Virus record (IMG/VR): IMGVR_UViG_3300024336_000005 | Location: 62,001 to 126,000 of that record | Direction: 5' to 3' (one strand) | DNA: 64,000 bases | Part shown: positions 20,174-28,196 of the stretch, piece after piece | How the letters are laid out: each line of letters starts with the position of its first letter | Position numbering within the stretch: the stretch's first letter is position 1 | Program-made: the position numbers and the translations under genes | Notes under the pieces: model-generated | Seen by the model: only the letters and a program-made list of their open reading frames with translations | What the model was told of the DNA's origin: nothing | The model's database searches: none

Positions 20174-20449
20174 GTGCCTGACAAGACCCCGAAGACTCCC
20201 ACCGCCATGCACAAGCTCCGCCGCGCCCATCGAAGCGCGGTGCGAGGTGGTCACACCACCTTGAGCTTGAAGCAGTGGGCCGCTGCGAACGACCAGGAGC
20301 AGGTCATCGTGGACGCCCACAAGAACGCCAACCCGAAGCCCAAGTACAAGGCCAAGACCTACAAGACCGGCGCTGGTGGCGCTCGGCCCAAGTCGAGCGG
20401 AGGCTCGAAGGTCAAGAAGGTCAAGAAGGTCACCTCTGAGGAGGAGTGA
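20174..20449 (+). CDS. small basic protein
   Basis: Lys-rich ORF with codon bias. Confidence 0.75.
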   Translation: MPDKTPKTPTAMHKLRRAHRSAVRGGHTTLSLKQWAAANDQEQVIVDAHKNANPKPKYKAKTYKTGAGGARPKSSGGSKVKKVKKVTSEEE

Positions 20450-20649
20450 TGGATGCCGTCGACATATCGCTCTCCCTCTTGATTGCTGCAGCATTTGTCT
20501 TCCTTGGTTTTGGGATGGGGGCTGCCCATGAAGGCACCGCCATCAAAGAGGGATGGTGTGAGGCAAATAGTGCAAAGATTGAGAGCAGTCTTTGTGTCCA
20601 CGACAATGGTGTCGACAAGGTTGTGATTCCCTTTCCTGATTGGATGTGA
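20446..20649 (+). CDS. small membrane/secreted protein
   Basis: overlapping start, TM segment. Confidence 0.65.
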   Translation: MMDAVDISLSLLIAAAFVFLGFGMGAAHEGTAIKEGWCEANSAKIESSLCVHDNGVDKVVIPFPDWM

Positions 20650-20650
20650 T

Positions 20651-21100
20651 ATGTCTCGTGTAATCATTCTTCGCGGACTTCCCGGCAGCGGGAAGAGTTC
20701 GCTCTGTACGAACTTTGATGTGGAGGCGGTTGTTTGTAGCGCCGATGACTTCTTCTACGATGAGGAGGACAACTACATCTTCGATGGCTCTAAGCTGGCG
20801 CTGGCCCATCAGGCTTGCCAGGAGAAGTTCTCGACTGCCCTCCTGGATGGCAGTCGACTCATTATCGTGGACAACACCAACACGCAGCACTGGGAGATGA
20901 AGCCCTACCTGGACATGGCCTATCTGGCCGATGCTCGGGTCACGGTCATCTCCGCCTTCGATGGAGGTTGCACCGATGAGGAGCTGGCCGAGCGGAACAC
21001 GCATGGCGTCCCTCAGGATTCCATCGCGGGCATGAGGGCTCGGTTCGAGCACGACTGGAAGGCCCATGACGCGCGTCCTCCATGGGAGCGGGGCAAGTGA
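20651..21100 (+). CDS. P-loop (AAA_33-type) polynucleotide kinase-like protein
   Basis: GLPGSGKS Walker A, SADDFF, IIVDNTN, RNTHGVP. Confidence 0.85.
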   Translation: MSRVIILRGLPGSGKSSLCTNFDVEAVVCSADDFFYDEEDNYIFDGSKLALAHQACQEKFSTALLDGSRLIIVDNTNTQHWEMKPYLDMAYLADARVTVISAFDGGCTDEELAERNTHGVPQDSIAGMRARFEHDWKAHDARPPWERGK

Positions 21101-21294
21101 TGGACCCCTCGAAGAAGTACCACATTTGGTACGTGGCTGACCCCACCATCCCCAGGAACTGCGAGGCTTCGGAGGACAATCAGCGGAGCAAGAGTTTTCG
21201 CTTCTGGATTGGGATGATCTGGGGGTGTCTGACCGATCCGGAGATCCGAGCCAGCCTGAAGGCTGACCGTATCAGGATGATGGTAATCAAGTAA
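21100..21294 (+). CDS. hypothetical protein
   Basis: coupled small ORF. Confidence 0.55.
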   Translation: MDPSKKYHIWYVADPTIPRNCEASEDNQRSKSFRFWIGMIWGCLTDPEIRASLKADRIRMMVIK

Positions 21295-21307
21295 ACAAGG
21301 GAGAGAT

Positions 21308-21568
21308 ATGAAGAATTTCCTTTTGGCGATGTGTATCGCCTTCGCATCGGTTGGCTGTCAGTCAGCTGGTGAGGTCAATGGCCGAGAGGTCGATTGTGTC
21401 GGGGCCTTCGAGGAGAAGAGCCCTCGTTACAAGTACAAGGTCGCAACTTGGAACATCATCGGCGGGGTGGTGTTCTCTGAGATGGCGTTCATTCCGCCTC
21501 TCTATGTGATCCTTTCAGCGACCCATTGCCCGGTCGCTGAGAAGGGCGAGGCTCCTCTTCGGAACTAG
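21308..21568 (+). CDS. putative lipoprotein
   Basis: signal peptide with lipobox-like SVGC. Confidence 0.75.
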   Translation: MKNFLLAMCIAFASVGCQSAGEVNGREVDCVGAFEEKSPRYKYKVATWNIIGGVVFSEMAFIPPLYVILSATHCPVAEKGEAPLRN

Positions 21569-21587
21569 GGTCTTTGGAGTTGTAAAA

Positions 21588-21962
21588 ATGGCAATTGAGA
21601 AAATGCTGGACGCGGCAGCTGATTGGTGGTTCGCACAGTTCCAGAACCCCACGAAGGACAACGGAGCTTCAGATTTTGCCAATTTGATGGCTCAAGGGAT
21701 GGCTCTGGAACTTGCGAACAGTACGCCGTGTCCTACCGACCCGCGTCCCTTCGGGGATGCGTTGAAGAAGGCTTACGCTGATCGTCCTTTTAACACCTTG
21801 TCAGCAGACTATGCTCCAGGCGGACCTCTCGCTGATGCGATGGATACGGCGGGTATCTCTCGGGAGAGAGCCCCTTGGAAGACGGTCATGTGGCTCGAGC
21901 TGGGCCGCGTGGTCGTGCGGGCGGGGTATGGAGCCCCGGAAGTGGTGATTTTTCGATCCTAA
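21588..21962 (+). CDS. hypothetical protein
   Basis: ORF in array. Confidence 0.8.
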   Translation: MAIEKMLDAAADWWFAQFQNPTKDNGASDFANLMAQGMALELANSTPCPTDPRPFGDALKKAYADRPFNTLSADYAPGGPLADAMDTAGISRERAPWKTVMWLELGRVVVRAGYGAPEVVIFRS

Positions 21963-21974
21963 AGGTTCACAGTC

Positions 21975-22014
21975 TAAGATACCCTTAAGTGGGCGGAGGG
22001 GTGAAAGGCCCCTA
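21975..22014 (+). repeat. 40-nt direct repeat copy 1 (copy 2 at 22183-22223)
   Basis: TAAGATACCCTTAA(G/C)TGGGCG..GGGGTG(A/G)AAGGCCCC..TA. Confidence 0.85.
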
Positions 22015-22032
22015 AGGTAAACAAGCTTTTTT

Positions 22033-22163
22033 AGAGGGATGCTCAGGGCAGGTTCATACCTGGAGGTTCGAATCCTCACGGGCTACGGCCCGGAGGGCAT
22101 TAAGTAGTCCTTCCTTTGAATCAGAGAGGAGGGAGCGCCGAAATCAACAGAGCTGATTCCTCT
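22033..22163 (+). ncRNA. circularly permuted tRNA-like RNA (YrlA-type topology)
   Basis: T-arm GAGG-TTCGAAT-CCTC, then closed stem CGGGC-TACG-GCCCG, then D-like GGGC-ATTAAGTA-GTCC; outer stem AGAGG..GCTC/GAGC..CCTCT. Confidence 0.6.
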
Positions 22164-22182
22164 ATTGATGCCTCTAAGAGTT

Positions 22183-22223
22183 TAAGATACCCTTAACTGG
22201 GCGAGGGGGTGGAAGGCCCCCTA
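22183..22223 (+). repeat. 40-nt direct repeat copy 2
   Basis: matches 21975-22014. Confidence 0.85.
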
Positions 22224-22224
22224 T

Positions 22225-22328
22225 GGACCATTAAGCTCAAGTGGTTGCAGTCGCTGTTAAGACTCAACCCAAAGGATAGAGCTTCTTCCCCAGAGGAGAG
22301 GTTGCAGGTTCGACACCTGCATGGTTCA
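22225..22328 (+). ncRNA. tRNA-like RNA with hairpin inserted in D-loop and 6-nt anticodon loop
   Basis: acceptor GGACCAT/ATGGTTC, T-arm GCAGG-TTCGACA-CCTGC, insert 22244-22268. Confidence 0.65.
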
Positions 22329-22333
22329 CTAAT

Positions 22334-22408
22334 GGGCCTCAAGCTTTAGCGGTGAAGCAGTTGACTTTTAATCTTCAGAACAGGGTTCGAGTCCCTGGGG
22401 GCCCACCA
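22334..22408 (+). tRNA. trnK: tRNA-Lys(UUU)
   Basis: cloverleaf, loop CTTTTAA, CCA end; two mismatches in anticodon stem. Confidence 0.8.
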
Positions 22409-22567
22409 TGATTCTTGCGTTTTTGTCTACTGTGATTATCTATCAGATTTGGGTGTTCATTTTTGGAGGGAGGCCATTTCTCCGCTTCTTCTTTGGATAT
22501 ATTCATTTTGGGTATGATATCTTCTTGACAATCTTCTTGATCTTTCTGGTAAAGGGAATGACTTGAG
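22409..22567 (+). CDS. small membrane protein
   Basis: hand-translated hydrophobic 52-aa ORF. Confidence 0.45.
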
Positions 22568-22763
22568 CAACCGCAAGAAGATCCTCGCTGGCATTTTGCG
22601 AGTAGAGGCTGAAAACAAACGTCGCTTAGATCCCAACGGTGAGTTTCCTTCGTGTAAGGCCATTTTGGGCACCACGCAGTGCGAGCGCTGTGGCTATGAG
22701 ACTTCTCCGGGAGTTTGCATTGCAGCTCGTTCGTATGAACGATGGACTGTTAGACCAGGCTGA
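22563..22763 (+). CDS. hypothetical protein
   Basis: small ORF. Confidence 0.5.
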   Translation: MSNRKKILAGILRVEAENKRRLDPNGEFPSCKAILGTTQCERCGYETSPGVCIAARSYERWTVRPG

Positions 22764-22880
22764 TGTAATCAAAATGAGGTGCTTATGCCTGTAGTCTTTT
22801 TATTGATGTGGCTGTTCAACTATATAAGTGGTGGAATCTTTCTGTTCTTGTTCTTGGCGTGGATAGTCTTATCAGATTGA

Positions 22881-22954
22881 TCGCGGATCGTCTAATGGCA
22901 GGACGCGGGTTTTTGGTGCCCGCTATCTAGGTTCGAATCCTAGTCCGCGAGCCA
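22881..22954 (+). tRNA. trnQ: tRNA-Gln(UUG)
   Basis: TCGCGGA/TCCGCGA acceptor, CGGGT-TTTTGGT-GCCCG, GCCA end. Confidence 0.9.
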
Positions 22955-22960
22955 AATCAT

Positions 22961-23035
22961 GGGTCTCGGACCGGCTGGTTGTCGGGGGGCGTCTTATAAG
23001 CGCCTTTAAGCAGAGTTCAATTCTCTGGGGGCCTA
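22961..23035 (+). tRNA. trnI: tRNA-Ile(UAU)
   Basis: GGCGT-CTTATAA-GCGCC anticodon arm, T-arm CAGAG-TTCAATT-CTCTG; atypical D arm. Confidence 0.75.
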
Positions 23036-23053
23036 CATAACGAAAGTAAAAAA

Positions 23054-23383
23054 ATGAATCGTGTTGCTGTTGCTTCCGTCATCGTAATCGTCCTCATGGG
23101 AGGCCTTCTGGGGTTTCAGTTGCTGAAAACGCAGGTGGAGCCTCCCCCTACGCCTCAGACCGAAGAGTACAAAGCCGAGGTTGCTTCTTGCTATCAGGAG
23201 AAGGAGTTGGCGCGATGTGAGTGTCTTGAGCGCGTGCTCATCACTTCGGCCAACGATGACTCCCTCCCCTCTGTGGTTGAGGGTTGTTACACTCGCTTTG
23301 GTCGTGGCAAGGATGGCAAGGCCAAGATGGCCGCCACAAAGGCTGCGAAGTGGGCCGCCAAGAAGTTCCTGGAAGAGAACTAG
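23054..23383 (+). CDS. secreted/membrane protein
   Basis: N-terminal TM segment, Cys pattern. Confidence 0.75.
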   Translation: MNRVAVASVIVIVLMGGLLGFQLLKTQVEPPPTPQTEEYKAEVASCYQEKELARCECLERVLITSANDDSLPSVVEGCYTRFGRGKDGKAKMAATKAAKWAAKKFLEEN

Positions 23384-23640
23384 TGGACTTCGTGCTTACG
23401 TATCTTCCCTCAGTCGCTTTCGTCGGGCTGATCTTTTCACTTTTTGTGTGGAATCATAAAGGCTGGGCTGCCCTTTTTGAGCTCGCGATGTTCATTAGCA
23501 TGATTGCCGTCCTGAGAACTGAAGGGCTTTCAATTTTCTTCGCAGTCCTTGCTGTTTTCTTTGGATTCTTTTTTGTGAAGTTTGCTAACGAGTATCTAGA
23601 GGAACGTGAGGAGAGAGTTGATGGCAAACCACAAGCTTGA
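23383..23640 (+). CDS. small membrane protein
   Basis: GTG start overlapping upstream stop; hydrophobic. Confidence 0.6.
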   Translation: MDFVLTYLPSVAFVGLIFSLFVWNHKGWAALFELAMFISMIAVLRTEGLSIFFAVLAVFFGFFFVKFANEYLEEREERVDGKPQA

Positions 23641-23860
23641 AGAACGAGAAGGGTTGGAATTCTTCTGGTTCTATCCCATCCTGTGGGGTGGTAGCACACT
23701 CTTGGCTACCTTGGTGGCTGCAGCTTTCTCTGACTTTAGAGCCATCACCCTCTTCTTTTCTCTCCTGACCAATGGTTCAATACTCTTTGTCTTTATTGTG
23801 TTCATGTGGGCGAAAGACATTCATTACGAAGTGGAGAAGATGAGAGACAAAAAGCTTTAA
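23621..23860 (+). CDS. small membrane protein
   Basis: two TM segments. Confidence 0.65.
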   Translation: MANHKLEEREGLEFFWFYPILWGGSTLLATLVAAAFSDFRAITLFFSLLTNGSILFVFIVFMWAKDIHYEVEKMRDKKL

Positions 23861-23868
23861 TAAATTTT

Positions 23869-24487
23869 GGGGGTGTCAGGTTTCGACAGGGTATAAATAG
23901 GAAGCGATAGCAGGTCCCGCTAAGAACGGCAGCGGGTTAGAAAGCAAGTTCAAATTGTAAACGGCAACGTAAACAACATGGCGGTGGCTGCCTGATAGCT
24001 TCCCTTCGGGGAATCTATTGGTAGTGCATACCCTCTAGTCTCTGAGTTAGACCTCTTTAAGTAAGGGCTAGAGTACGTGAAATTGAGGAATCGGACAAAG
24101 AAAAGTCCAATGTCGAGTGGATGGAAACTGAAGCTTCGTAGCTGCTTGCAGATACGAGATTGGGAACGTGGTAACACGTACAAGGATAAGCCAAACTAGT
24201 TGCGGAAGACCTCCTTGATGGTTAAGAGCTACCCGCTGACAGTAAACTCATCAAAGGAAATCGTATTACTCTTTTGATGAACCTATAAGTACGAACCTCC
24301 CTGGTTGTTTCTACCATGAGGGGAGTGAGAAAACAGAGCAAGGCGCAGCTTGGGGCCGACAGGAGTTAGCCTCAAGTGGAGTGGCAAGTGCAAATCCTCT
24401 CATTTGTTTTCATCTAAATGAAACTAAACCTGTAGAAGTTGTATTTCGAAAATGTTCTGGACGGGAGTTCAATTCTCCCCACCTCCA
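23869..24487 (+). ncRNA. ssrA: tmRNA (unusually long, 619 nt)
   Basis: 5' GGGGGTGTCAGGTTTCGAC, tag ORF 23957-23995 (A)VNGNVNNMAVAA*, 3' CTAAACCTGTAG...GGACGGGAGTTCAATTCTCCCCACCTCCA. Confidence 0.9.
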
Positions 24488-24808
24488 CATTTCTTCACGC
24501 TGAGTGGCCGTGCTGATTGACGGCGGCTGAAAGCAAACGCAATAAACTACTCGCGCGCTTGGGTTAACCAACCGGAATCAAACAGGATACTGTTCGCGCG
24601 AAATCGGTTAGCCAGCCCTAATAGGTAGTGAGCGTTTGTAGAAAGTGTCTTAGACGGTATGTCAGGGAAGGTACAACCTGGACTCCGGATAGGCGTGAGG
24701 TGGTTCAGGGTTGTAGGTAAGAGAACGGAAAAGGTAATCTGAAAACGCCTTTCTGAAACCCATAAACCTAACAAAGGGGAGCCCGAGTGGTGCAAGCAGC
24801 CCCCAGAG

Positions 24809-24950
24809 AGTTGAAAAGCTAGGCTCTCCAGTTTCTCATAACTTATAGCTCTAGCTTAAGTTCTAGAGCGCGCCCTCCGAAGGTTGAGATTTGGGTGTAA
24901 GAATCCCAAGAGCTATAAGTTATGAAAAATTAGAGCCTAGCTTTTCAGTT
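24809..24950 (+). ncRNA. degenerate tRNA-like core (loop CTCCGAA) inside a long inverted repeat
   Basis: TTGAAAAGCTAGGCTCT..TCATAACTTATAGCTCT pairs with AGAGCTATAAGTTATGA..AGAGCCTAGCTTTTCAG. Confidence 0.65.
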
Positions 24951-25039
24951 TCTGACATAGAGTAACCCTGGCCCGGGGAAATACAGGGCTTGAGTGATCC
25001 GATAAATGGGTCCTGACTTTAACCTCTATGTCGATTAGA

Positions 25040-25170
25040 CGTGCCAGCTAACCACTGGCTAGTGGGAGTGGCGAGAATCCCACGATGAGAAGCGGAGTCG
25101 TTTCCGTAAAAAAAGCCCCGGACCTCGGAGAGGTCGGCAATCTTCTGTCGTTAGTCCCTAAACCATGGAG
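25040..25170 (+). ncRNA. structured ncRNA, copy A (copy B at 36471-36614)
   Basis: conserved blocks with compensatory stem changes between copies. Confidence 0.7.
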
Positions 25171-26215
25171 TAGTGTGATGAGAGGCTTGCCTCAGTGATT
25201 CACAGTTATCGATGAAGTGGAGGGGATAGAGAAGCTGTGGTGTGCAGCCATAGTGGCTTGGGGTTTTAACCGCGAAGCCAAATTTCTGCCCCACCAATAG
25301 GGTAAAAATGGGATGCTTGGTGATCATCTAAAACATCCTTGAGCTATGCAGTATGCTCAAGCGCCCGCCTGGGTAATCCAGTGGGTTTAGAGAGGACATG
25401 GTGCTCCTCCTGGATACATAGCCATAAAGCCTTATTGGTTGGAGGCGGCTGTGTAATACCGACCACAATACTAGATAGTAATTTAATGTTGGAGCAACTT
25501 TCTAGTTACAGTTGCTCCCGTCTACTAGCGACGAATATAAACCGATTATGCTAGTTAAATCGGAGAATTAGGCCCTTCGGCGGTAGGAGTTCCCGCGTGG
25601 TCACTGTGCTTTTATACCCACAGACTACATATATGGATTGGGCCATTTTACCAGATGATCTGTCCCGGCAGATGCATAGGCAGCCACCTCGTTAAAAACT
25701 GGTACCGGGCACTATCTTGCAGTGGAAGCTCTTAGACCTCCGATATAAAGGGGGATTAGGTAAATCTTAGGTGCCTAAGTTAGCGAACCTGGAAGCGCCC
25801 CACGGGCAGGACTTAGCCATCCCTCATGGTGAAAGCACAAGCTGAGGGGCTTGTGTTGGTTCAATGTCTCTACACCGTTCCTGCCGGTTATGCAGGAGAG
25901 TGTTGTGAGTTCCGTGTGAGAACTCTCATGTGTGGCTGGCATTAATTGATAAGCGGGTAGAGTCGCTTATCAACAGCTCTCGACGCGGGCGAGTAAACAG
26001 AGGGGTTGCTCCTTCTGCCCGCACTCTTCTGTTCCGTCTGTAGGGTAAAAGCAGCGGGCCCGATTGGTGGGCTACGATATAATACGGACCAATTGAGGTT
26101 GGGAATCTTAAACAACAAGCTCTCGAAATTACAGAATCAGAGAGCATTCCTCTTGGCCTGGCAAGTTAAGAAGCTTAGCGGCTTCAACCAGGACCTTTTC
26201 TACAAGGAAAAAGAA

Positions 26216-26503
26216 ATGAAGTCTTTCTTGAATACTGTTCGGCACTACATCAAGATTATTCCCCTCCATCTGGCAATCTATTGGCCTCTTGGGCTGATTG
26301 CATTGGTTGCTTCGCTCTTTCTCCCTTGGTTGGGCTTGGCTCTGTGCCTTTCCTATCTTGTTACCCTTTTTGATACAATTAGCTTCCCCGCTGCACCCAG
26401 CGGGAATGGAGCAGGAGCCTGGGGCGATCTTGCGCTAATCGCTTGTTCTATCGTGGGTGCATTCTTGTTTGGAATTAGCTCTGTCATCGGTTTCTTGATC
26501 TAA
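26216..26503 (+). CDS. membrane protein
   Basis: start moved to ATG after AAGGA RBS; hydrophobic. Confidence 0.7.
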   Translation: MKSFLNTVRHYIKIIPLHLAIYWPLGLIALVASLFLPWLGLALCLSYLVTLFDTISFPAAPSGNGAGAWGDLALIACSIVGAFLFGISSVIGFLI

Positions 26504-26516
26504 CGAAGGAAGTCTA

Positions 26517-26723
26517 ATGAAGTTTGTAACTGAAATCCACCCACGAGGCATGGCTTGTCGAATGGGACCTCCCGAGTTTAAGGAGGTCCTTGAGCTTGGG
26601 CTCTCAGCTCTTCCCACCAATGGGACTGTGATTACCTTCGAGGGGCAGCGATACACTGTCATCAGGTATGAGCTGAACGTGGACCTGGGCACGGACCAAA
26701 TCGTGGTGGAAAAAGATGACTGA
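26517..26723 (+). CDS. hypothetical protein
   Basis: RBS, ORF. Confidence 0.7.
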   Translation: MKFVTEIHPRGMACRMGPPEFKEVLELGLSALPTNGTVITFEGQRYTVIRYELNVDLGTDQIVVEKDD

Positions 26724-27024
26724 AAGCAAAGAGAACGAATTTACGTGGGCGGGGCTGATTACAGTCCTGCTCTGCCTCCCCCTGATTTGGACTTTTCATG
26801 TATGGACGGGCCAGCACTTTTTGGTGCATGGCCTACCTTACTTGAATCTTGACCCTATTCATCTGCCTTTTTGGCAGATGTTCTGGGGCGGTATCGCCTT
26901 CAATCTTGCCTTTTCTCGTTCCAATATATTTACAAAGAGTGAAGATCACTCCTTGACTTATATGGGGCTGGTAGGCCTGGCAACTTCCATCCTCTCTTAT
27001 CTTGTTGTGTACGCCATCCTATAG
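26716..27024 (+). CDS. membrane protein
   Basis: overlap, TM segments. Confidence 0.7.
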   Translation: MTESKENEFTWAGLITVLLCLPLIWTFHVWTGQHFLVHGLPYLNLDPIHLPFWQMFWGGIAFNLAFSRSNIFTKSEDHSLTYMGLVGLATSILSYLVVYAIL

Positions 27025-27033
27025 GGAGAAAAA

Positions 27034-27321
27034 ATGAGTAAGAATTCTAAGGCGCGGTCAAAGCAGAAGAACAAGCTGCAGAAGGCTGCCCGTAGGGCTG
27101 CTAAGAAGGCCCTGTATGCATCCTATGCTGACTTGGCGGATAACTCCAAGCGGCGGGCCCGAAAGAAGAAGAAGGCAGGACATAAATTCTGCTTCTCTTC
27201 CCACCCAAATGGACCGTGTGGGAACCATGGGTGTAAGAGGGATAGCTGTCAAGCCTTTCAGGCTGAGTGCTGGCGAGAGACTCTGTATCGTCGAGAACTT
27301 GAGGCGCAAAAGGCGGCTTAA
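27034..27321 (+). CDS. basic hypothetical protein
   Basis: RBS, Lys/Arg-rich. Confidence 0.75.
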   Translation: MSKNSKARSKQKNKLQKAARRAAKKALYASYADLADNSKRRARKKKKAGHKFCFSSHPNGPCGNHGCKRDSCQAFQAECWRETLYRRELEAQKAA

Positions 27322-27332
27322 GAGGAGCTGCA

Positions 27333-27761
27333 ATGAAAGCCATTAAAAAGACCAAGACAGTGCATGTTCCTGCTCATGACAGAGAGGACACCCATCATCA
27401 TTGTCCCGTTTGCGATGGGATTTGTAAGCACATTGATGACACCAGGGGTGGCCCGATGTCATCTGGTTGGAGCTGGTGGGCGTGCGGCTCCTGTTTTTGG
27501 ACTGAGCTCCTTGACGAGGAAACAGTCCAAGAGATGATTATTCGTCGAGCAGTAAAGAATCAAGGCTTCAATCAGGATACTCCTCGAGATCAAGTGATTG
27601 CGATTCTGTCAGGTATTCATGGACATTTAGAGAATGCGCTAAATGGACATGTTTCTCGAACTAAGTTCTATGATGTTCGCCTGCCTGAAAGCCTCGGACA
27701 GCTTGAAAGCGTATTCAAACTTCTTCGAGGGTGGCCAGATTTGGATACCTGGAAGAAATAG
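27333..27761 (+). CDS. hypothetical protein, Zn-ribbon
   Basis: CPVCDG, CGSC. Confidence 0.75.
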   Translation: MKAIKKTKTVHVPAHDREDTHHHCPVCDGICKHIDDTRGGPMSSGWSWWACGSCFWTELLDEETVQEMIIRRAVKNQGFNQDTPRDQVIAILSGIHGHLENALNGHVSRTKFYDVRLPESLGQLESVFKLLRGWPDLDTWKK

Positions 27762-27768
27762 AGATTTC

Positions 27769-27854
27769 GCTGGTGTGGTGGAATTGGTCTTCACAGGGGA
27801 CTTAAAATCCCCCGAACTTTAATGTTCTTACGGGTTCGAGTCCCGTCTCCAGTA
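27769..27854 (+). tRNA. trnL: tRNA-Leu(UAA)
   Basis: GGGGA-CTTAAAA-TCCCC, long variable arm. Confidence 0.9.
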
Positions 27855-27867
27855 CAAAGGAAGAAGA

Positions 27868-28137
27868 ATGATTCTTGAGTCACTTGAGCAAGGGGAATAC
27901 ATTCTCTTTGTTGAGATAGACGCACAACAAGCCTTTGCAGTTGAAGGATCCTACGAAGGCCCTCAGTGAGTTCCTGTTCAGGATGGGTGGATTGCAACTA
28001 TTTATGCCCGTAAAGGGGACCTAAATATTGCCATACAAGATCATCTCGAGGCTGGAAGAAAGGCCTTCTGGGTCTCCGCCGAAGACGTGAGAGTTCCACA
28101 AATGCATGTGAAGCACACCTGGAGTGGCTTGGCATAA
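27868..28137 (+). pseudogene. small ORF interrupted by one in-frame TGA at 27967
   Basis: RBS+ATG; frame continues 55 sense codons past TGA to TAA. Confidence 0.45.
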
Positions 28138-28173
28138 TATTAAGCTGGGGGTTCGAATCCTCCCACCGGCTCC
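28121..28173 (+). other. tRNA remnant lacking anticodon arm
   Basis: GGAG/CTCC ends, GCTT..AAGC hairpin, T-arm GGGGG-TTCGAAT-CCTCC. Confidence 0.35.
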
Positions 28174-28196
28174 TTCAACAATAAGAAAGAAAAATC

